From Planctomycetota bacterium (GTDB taxonomy: Bacteria > Planctomycetota > UBA11346), in the NCBI GenBank assembly GCA_027859175.1, contig JAQIBG010000003.1:1-62025 (forward strand): a stretch of DNA of 62,025 nucleotides. Direction: 5' to 3'. Positions 56,978 through 62,025 of the stretch are shown here, piece after piece. The notes beneath the pieces were generated by a model. It had not been told where the DNA came from, did no database searches, and was given only the letters and a program-made list of their open reading frames with translations. The number at the start of each line of letters is the position of its first letter. Position 1 is the first letter of the stretch. The translations under genes and the position numbers were made by a program.

Positions 56978-59161
56978 TCAATCAACCCGACTAGGTTTGG
57001 CCGCCAACATACGCTCCAGAGGTAAGGCCTGAAAGCCGAGCGCCAAGGCCGGCGCGTTGTCTCGCAACCTGAAATCGCCAGCTTCAGCGTCAATAAATCC
57101 GGGGTCGTCACAGGAACTCTGCAAGTCGACCCCGAAGCTCTGAAGCTCGTCAAGCCAACGCTGTCCAACTGCCAGGTCCGCGCTGCAGTAGAAGACATTC
57201 GCATCGGAGTCGGTATCGCGCAAACGAGCCTTGCGGCCTTCGCCGTGGATACGGATCTCGCCCACAAAGGTCTGGTCGGCAGCCGAGGTATAGATGATGT
57301 TGTGCTTGATCACCGAGCCGTTGAGCGGGCCGGTTTCCAGCGACAACATGCCGCGATCGGGCCGCTTCAAGGGCAGAGCGAGGATGTTGTTGGTCACCCG
57401 ATTAACGCCCTTGAGCGTGATCCCAGTGGCGTGGCCATGCTGGCCAAAAATCAGGTTGCCGTGGAGAATGGTATGGTGCTGGTCGTCATCGCAGCGAATA
57501 CCCTCAGCCATGGTCGGCGAAGGACACGGGCCCACCGCATTAAAGCGCACGACGTTTCCGCCGCCGCCACCGGAAATATAAATACCGTTACCGTCTCCCA
57601 TAACCTGCATCACGTCGTGAATGCGGTTATACTCGATCAGATTGTCGCGCGCGTGCATCAGGGGCTCGCGCATCCACCAACTGGGTAGACCACCGTAGTG
57701 CCACACAGTGTGGGCGTAACCCGCGCCGCACTGTTCTTCTACCGCGTCCCAATCGATCAGGGCGCTGCACTCCGCGACCCCCTCACGATCGTAAAGCGAG
57801 CGGCCCGAACACACGATACCCGTATAGGGCAAGTCGTGGAGATGGTTGTCGGCAATGTGGTTGTCGCCGCTCTGCCAGATGAAGATACCCGGGCAATGCC
57901 AGTAGTGCTGCCCAAGGTTATGCAGGTGGCACGCCACCACCGCGTTGTCACGGTTGGCATACTGCCGACCCAAGCCATAGCCGCAGAGAACCACCCCGCA
58001 GCCGCCCAAGTTTTTAAATTCGCACCGCTCAATGCGGTTGCCACGGCACGCGAGATCCATCCGCGCGCCGCCAGAGCCGCCATCCGCAAAGGTACAGTCG
58101 GCAACCACACAGCCGCGCGCGTGGCGCAGTCGCAGCATGCATGACGCCGCGTCGTGCATCTCCCAGTCGTGCTGGATGCCGCGGCCGGTCAGACCATGGA
58201 AGGCGAAGCGGTTGCTGCGGGTGAAGGTCAGGTTCCGGATGTGAAGCCCGGTCACCGCCGCTTGCTCGCCGCCTCCTTCAAGGCGAATAAATTCGGTCAA
58301 GCAGGCTGCCTCAAGCCCAGCCTCAGGCTCAGGCTCAGCCCCCTCAGGACAGTAAAACAGCCGCGCGCTCGAAGCATGGTAGACCCAGGTGCCGGGTGTC
58401 ATCACGCTGAAACTGTTTTCGAGCCAGATCGACCCCTCAGGCGCGCAGGGCGGGTTGCCAATCGGATAGGTGCAGGACTCCGCCAAGCGGGCAACGCCAG
58501 CGTCGAAATCGACGCTCTTCACCGGCAGGACATTCATCGTCCATTGCATCTGCGGGATGACCAGAAACTCGGCTTCCGCGAGATCCGCCGCCGGGGCGAT
58601 TGCTCCAGCAGGAAACCCGAAGCGATCGTGATGCCAGCACGCGCCCGTCTTCGTCACCCAATGTCGATGCCGGATGTGACCGTCAGGGCCATAGAGCACC
58701 GGCAACGAACCATCGTCGCTGGCCACCTTGTGCGGCTTGATTGCCTCGCCCCGCGCGCGCGGCACCGCCCCCTGCGGACCATAGAGGGTCCTAACGACCG
58801 TGCCCGCCGGCAACTCTGCCACCCAAACCCGACCGCGCAGGGCCGCCGGCAGGTCGGGCAACTCATCGCTGCAAGGCTGCCACGCGCTTAAGGGGTAGCC
58901 CGACGAGACAATCGAGCCACCACCCTCGGCGCCACACCAGGTCACGGTTTTCGTATCGACGCCGCCATCCTCAGGCTCCAGCACCAAGGTTTGATTGAGA
59001 CGATGAACGCCAGCCGCGAGGTGCACGGTGACATCATCATCCACCTGATCACGCCGCAGGCCGCGCACATGGTCGCGCGCGGCGAGCGGAGTCCGCAACG
59101 GCGCCGCAGCGGTGCCTGGGTTAGCATCGTCACCCTTGGGCGACACATAGACATTGATCAT
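56978..59161 (-). CDS. Right-handed parallel beta-helix repeat protein (pectate-lyase fold; putative polysaccharide lyase/hydrolase)
   Basis: The start MINVYVSPKGDDANPGTAAAPLRT is typical. The product contains many repeated turns of the NxxIxxN / GIxxxG type. Confidence 0.7.
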   Translation of the reverse strand: MINVYVSPKGDDANPGTAAAPLRTPLAARDHVRGLRRDQVDDDVTVHLAAGVHRLNQTLVLEPEDGGVDTKTVTWCGAEGGGSIVSSGYPLSAWQPCSDELPDLPAALRGRVWVAELPAGTVVRTLYGPQGAVPRARGEAIKPHKVASDDGSLPVLYGPDGHIRHRHWVTKTGACWHHDRFGFPAGAIAPAADLAEAEFLVIPQMQWTMNVLPVKSVDFDAGVARLAESCTYPIGNPPCAPEGSIWLENSFSVMTPGTWVYHASSARLFYCPEGAEPEPEAGLEAACLTEFIRLEGGGEQAAVTGLHIRNLTFTRSNRFAFHGLTGRGIQHDWEMHDAASCMLRLRHARGCVVADCTFADGGSGGARMDLACRGNRIERCEFKNLGGCGVVLCGYGLGRQYANRDNAVVACHLHNLGQHYWHCPGIFIWQSGDNHIADNHLHDLPYTGIVCSGRSLYDREGVAECSALIDWDAVEEQCGAGYAHTVWHYGGLPSWWMREPLMHARDNLIEYNRIHDVMQVMGDGNGIYISGGGGGNVVRFNAVGPCPSPTMAEGIRCDDDQHHTILHGNLIFGQHGHATGITLKGVNRVTNNILALPLKRPDRGMLSLETGPLNGSVIKHNIIYTSAADQTFVGEIRIHGEGRKARLRDTDSDANVFYCSADLAVGQRWLDELQSFGVDLQSSCDDPGFIDAEAGDFRLRDNAPALALGFQALPLERMLAAKPSRVD

Positions 59162-59531
59162 AGTTTACCTATTCGTTTCTAACTGCGCTGCTGGCCGCGG
59201 TTGCTAATCTGGTGCAAGCCAAGGGAAGTGAACCCGTATCGAACAATTTCTTAACTGAACCACAATACGGCGACTTCACGTCGAAAAATGGACCTCTGAG
59301 AAAATCTAGACCGGACACGCGCACAAGGTCCCACCACGCCACCCACGGGCAAGCAACAACAACAATGAGCTCGGCACACCACACCGACGTCAATAGCCCT
59401 CCATTGCGGCAAGACCGACCTTGGTGCTCGCACCGAAACACACTCGCGGGGGCCGCTTGCGCCACCAAGCCGAACAAGCATTCTAAACGCTCTGATAGCC
59501 TGCCACCCATCCAGGCCATAAGGACCGCCCC

Positions 59532-60479
59532 ATGCTCCATCGACTGACCGCCCTCCTGTTCTTTTGCGTACTTGCCGGCTTCGGCACCCAACCCGGCCAT
59601 GCCGGCGAAGCGACGGCAACGCTGCCGGCCGCCACCGAAGCGGCACCCGAGGCTAGCGACGAAACCGCCGATACGGCAGCGGCAGAGACTGAGCAAGCCG
59701 ACGACACCAGCGCAGCGGAAACCGACACCGGTGACGCACCAGCCGAGGAAGCCACCGGCCTGGGCGCGTTGATGAAGCTGATCGCCTCGGGCGAAGAAGT
59801 TGGCCTCGTCATCATCGCGCTGAGCGTGTTCGCCGCCGCGTGCACACTCGAGCGCTTGATCAACCTCCGGCGCGAGCGCCTGTGCCCGAGCGGCCTACCC
59901 GACGAGGTCCAGAAGCACCTGCTCGCCGGCGACATCGAGCGCGCTACTGCGGCGGCCGCCCGCCACGACGAGACCATCGCCGGCAAGGTGCTCGGTAGTA
60001 TCGTCACCCACCGCTCCTTCGCCTTCGAAGCGCTGTCGACCATCGCCGGTGATCTCACCGCGCGCGAGCTGCGCCTGCAGATGAACCGCGCCTACCCGAT
60101 CCTGGTGGTCGCGACCATCGCCCCCCTGCTTGGCCTGCTCGGTACCGTGATTGGTATGATCGGCTCGTTCAAGGCGGTGGCGATGGCCGGCAGCATGGGT
60201 GACCCCTCAATCATGGCTGGCGATATCAGCTTCGCATTGGTCACCACCGCGATGGGCCTGGTTGTGGCAGTGCCGTGTCTTGCCGCCTACCACTTCTTCC
60301 GCAGCCGTACCCAGTTTTTCTCGGCGATGCTCGATGAAGAAATCGGTGACGTCATCAACATGTGGAACCTGCACCTGATGCAGCAAAACAGCAACGTGGC
60401 TGCACAAACGGCCGCGCCCGCCGCCGACGCCACCAACAACGAAGCGACCAGCGAAGCCAAGGAGTCTGGCGATGCGTAG
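59532..60479 (+). CDS. exbB: MotA/TolQ/ExbB-family proton-channel protein with an acidic N-terminal extension
   Basis: It has a signal peptide, then an Ala/Glu/Asp/Thr-rich stretch. The family core follows: IAPLLGLLGTVIGMIGSF...ALVTTAMGLVVAVPCLAAYHFF. Confidence 0.85.
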   Translation: MLHRLTALLFFCVLAGFGTQPGHAGEATATLPAATEAAPEASDETADTAAAETEQADDTSAAETDTGDAPAEEATGLGALMKLIASGEEVGLVIIALSVFAAACTLERLINLRRERLCPSGLPDEVQKHLLAGDIERATAAAARHDETIAGKVLGSIVTHRSFAFEALSTIAGDLTARELRLQMNRAYPILVVATIAPLLGLLGTVIGMIGSFKAVAMAGSMGDPSIMAGDISFALVTTAMGLVVAVPCLAAYHFFRSRTQFFSAMLDEEIGDVINMWNLHLMQQNSNVAAQTAAPAADATNNEATSEAKESGDA

Positions 60480-60900
60480 CGACTTCGACGACGGCGAGCA
60501 GGTCGGCGTCGACATGGCGCCACTGATCGACTGCGTATTCCTGCTGCTGATCTTCTTCCTTGTCGCCACCACAATGAAGCGCATCGACGAGGAACTGCCG
60601 CTCGATCTGCCCGAGGCCGCCGCCGCGATCGAGGTGACCAAGGCTACCGACATGCTGGTGTTCTCGATCGATGCCACCGGTCTGATCCACCGCAACGCCG
60701 ACCCGATCGGCGCCACCGAGCTGATCGAGATCGTCAAGCAACAGGCTGCCGATGATCCCGACATGCGGATCCGCATCGACGCCGATCGGCAGACCCCCTA
60801 CGAGGCGGTGCTGCGAGTGATCGACACCTGCATGTTCTACGGGCTGAAAAACATCGGCCTCCACACGCGGCGCGACACCACGCGCCACGCGAAACGCTGA
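60472..60900 (+). CDS. exbD: ExbD/TolR-family biopolymer transport protein
   Basis: VDMAPLIDCVFLLLIFFLV, followed by a periplasmic domain. The gene overlaps the exbB stop codon by 8 nt. Confidence 0.85.
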   Translation: MRSDFDDGEQVGVDMAPLIDCVFLLLIFFLVATTMKRIDEELPLDLPEAAAAIEVTKATDMLVFSIDATGLIHRNADPIGATELIEIVKQQAADDPDMRIRIDADRQTPYEAVLRVIDTCMFYGLKNIGLHTRRDTTRHAKR

Positions 60901-60909
60901 GGGCACACC

Positions 60910-62025
60910 ATGGCCACCCGCATCGCCGATCGCCGCAACCGTCAGACCGGATGGATCATTGGTTCCATCGCCTTGCACCTCGTCTTGCTGCTGGCCTGGT
61001 GGGTAATGCCCAAGCCAAGCGCTGCCGAGCGCGAGCTCGACCGCCCCCAGGCCCACGAGACCCTGTCGCAAGAAAAGCTCCAGGAAGCCGCCGATAAGCT
61101 GCGCGAAATCAACCGCGACGACCTGGAGCAACGCGTCGAAGAGTTGCTCACGATTGAGGAAGAGCTGATTGAGCTCCACAACGAGCGCGTTGACGCAGTT
61201 AACGAACACATCGCCGATAAGCCCGAGCAAGCCCTCACTGCGGTGCTCGCGATCCTGCCTACAATTATCGAACAGCAAGCCGGCCACGAAACCGTGATGG
61301 CTGGGCTGGTGGCCGCCATGGACGCCACCGTCGCCGAGCACGAAGCCGACAGCGCCCTCGACGATCAGGCCAAGATCGACATTGCGCGCAACAAGATGTA
61401 CGCCGCGCGCGACCGCGCCTTTGCCCACGCCGAGACTTGGCAGCAGCAGCACGGGCCGATGGGTGCAACCCGCACCCTGCAGGCCGAGGCGATGAACCTG
61501 ATCGAATGGATTGGCGTCGACACCATTACCGACCTGCACCGCGACAGTCAGATCGCCCAGCGCGCCACCATTGATCAGCACGGCGGCTACAACTGGAACC
61601 TCGGAGATTTTCGCCGATGGACCGGGGCGATGCACAACCGGCTCAAGGATGCCGAACGCTGGCGCAACGAGACCAAACACAAAGACCGCATGAAGCGCCG
61701 CGACGAGGGCCTGCAACATTACTACGATGGTTTCGTTAAGGCCTACGCCCCGCACCGCAACCGCGTCGCCGCCGCCGCCGAGCAGCAAGCCCTGGCGCAC
61801 CAGCGTGAGCGCGAGGTCCTTGAACTGCTGCTCGCCCTCGCGGAGTCGAAAGAAGTCCCCGAGCAAAGCGCTCAGGAGCAGGACGTGCCCGAAAAGCCCG
61901 ACCTCGAAGCGATGAGCATCGAACAGCTCTACGCCGAGGCGGTTGCAGTCGAGACGCGGATCACCGAGACCTATGCCGAGACCCGCGCCGCCGAGCTGGC
62001 GGTTCAGGCCGACCTGCCGATCGCG
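60910..62025 (+). CDS. Membrane-anchored coiled-coil protein (partial, runs off the right edge)
   Basis: The ATG at 60910 lies 9 nt after the exbD stop codon. TM segment GWIIGSIALHLVLLLAWWV. After it come more than 340 aa rich in Glu/Ala/Arg/Gln heptad-like sequence, with no stop codon in the window. No Pro-rich TonB spacer is seen. Confidence 0.5.
   Translation, partial: MATRIADRRNRQTGWIIGSIALHLVLLLAWWVMPKPSAAERELDRPQAHETLSQEKLQEAADKLREINRDDLEQRVEELLTIEEELIELHNERVDAVNEHIADKPEQALTAVLAILPTIIEQQAGHETVMAGLVAAMDATVAEHEADSALDDQAKIDIARNKMYAARDRAFAHAETWQQQHGPMGATRTLQAEAMNLIEWIGVDTITDLHRDSQIAQRATIDQHGGYNWNLGDFRRWTGAMHNRLKDAERWRNETKHKDRMKRRDEGLQHYYDGFVKAYAPHRNRVAAAAEQQALAHQREREVLELLLALAESKEVPEQSAQEQDVPEKPDLEAMSIEQLYAEAVAVETRITETYAETRAAELAVQADLPIA

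Noticed and set aside
60355-61866. 503-aa minus-strand ORF opposite exbB/exbD and the coiled-coil gene
   Set aside because: It is antisense to clearly recognisable ExbB/ExbD sequences, low in complexity (Gly/Val/Leu/Asp-rich), and has no RBS or family motif.

Overview
High-GC bacterial chromosomal window. Hand counts of single 60-nt lines give about 41-42/60 G+C in the flanking genes. It is probably from a PVC-superphylum organism: it has a prepilin-leader protein with an exact H-X9-DG motif (DUF1559 type), an arylsulfatase, and an ECF-sigma/Ser-Thr-kinase pair. Gene content falls into five blocks.

(1) 0-9.6 kb, housekeeping and stress genes: ldhA fragment, pldA, an aconitase-family gene tightly followed by a fumC-like gene, a cytoplasmic HisKA_3 kinase with a NarL-type regulator, preceded by a DHp-only paralogue whose phospho-His is Asn, a DUF1328 protein, Dps, and a hemerythrin-like ORF.

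(2) 9.6-27.3 kb, a Cu/Ag homeostasis block. Seven co-oriented minus-strand genes run: small TRASH protein, CusC, CusB with two DUF3347-like modules, an oversized CusA, a TRASH-DUF2231 membrane protein, an APC permease with a (His-Glu)n tail, and CopA. An ECF sigma factor plus Ser/Thr kinase are divergent from this array, and a YHS protein and a CxxCxxC secreted peptide follow. The segment from about 12.3 to 27.6 kb is visibly lower in GC.

(3) 27.6-44 kb, mixed content: several gene remnants, a pseudopilin-like gene flanked by diverged direct repeats, a CPA2 antiporter, and a second HME-RND system (CzcCBA-like, divalent-type TM4 signature) with a separate Cys/His-repeat protein.

(4) 44-59 kb, glycan / sulfated-glycan utilisation genes: GH63-like, GH43-like, GH38-like/DUF5054, BNR-4, a beta-helix protein and three AraC regulators. 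The arylsulfatase here is interrupted by one in-frame TAG. An nqrF-like remnant also lies in this block.

(5) 59.5-62 kb: ExbB/ExbD plus a membrane-anchored coiled-coil protein that runs off the window.

I recognised no rRNA, tRNA, CRISPR array, transposase or integrase. All calls rest on reading the translations and remembered family motifs; no database search was possible. The candidates I rank highest for novelty are the TRASH-rich Cu block with ECF/STK control and atypical CusA/CusB architectures, the DHp-only His-to-Asn kinase paralogue, and the stand-alone C-x2-H-x6-C-x2-C triple-repeat protein.
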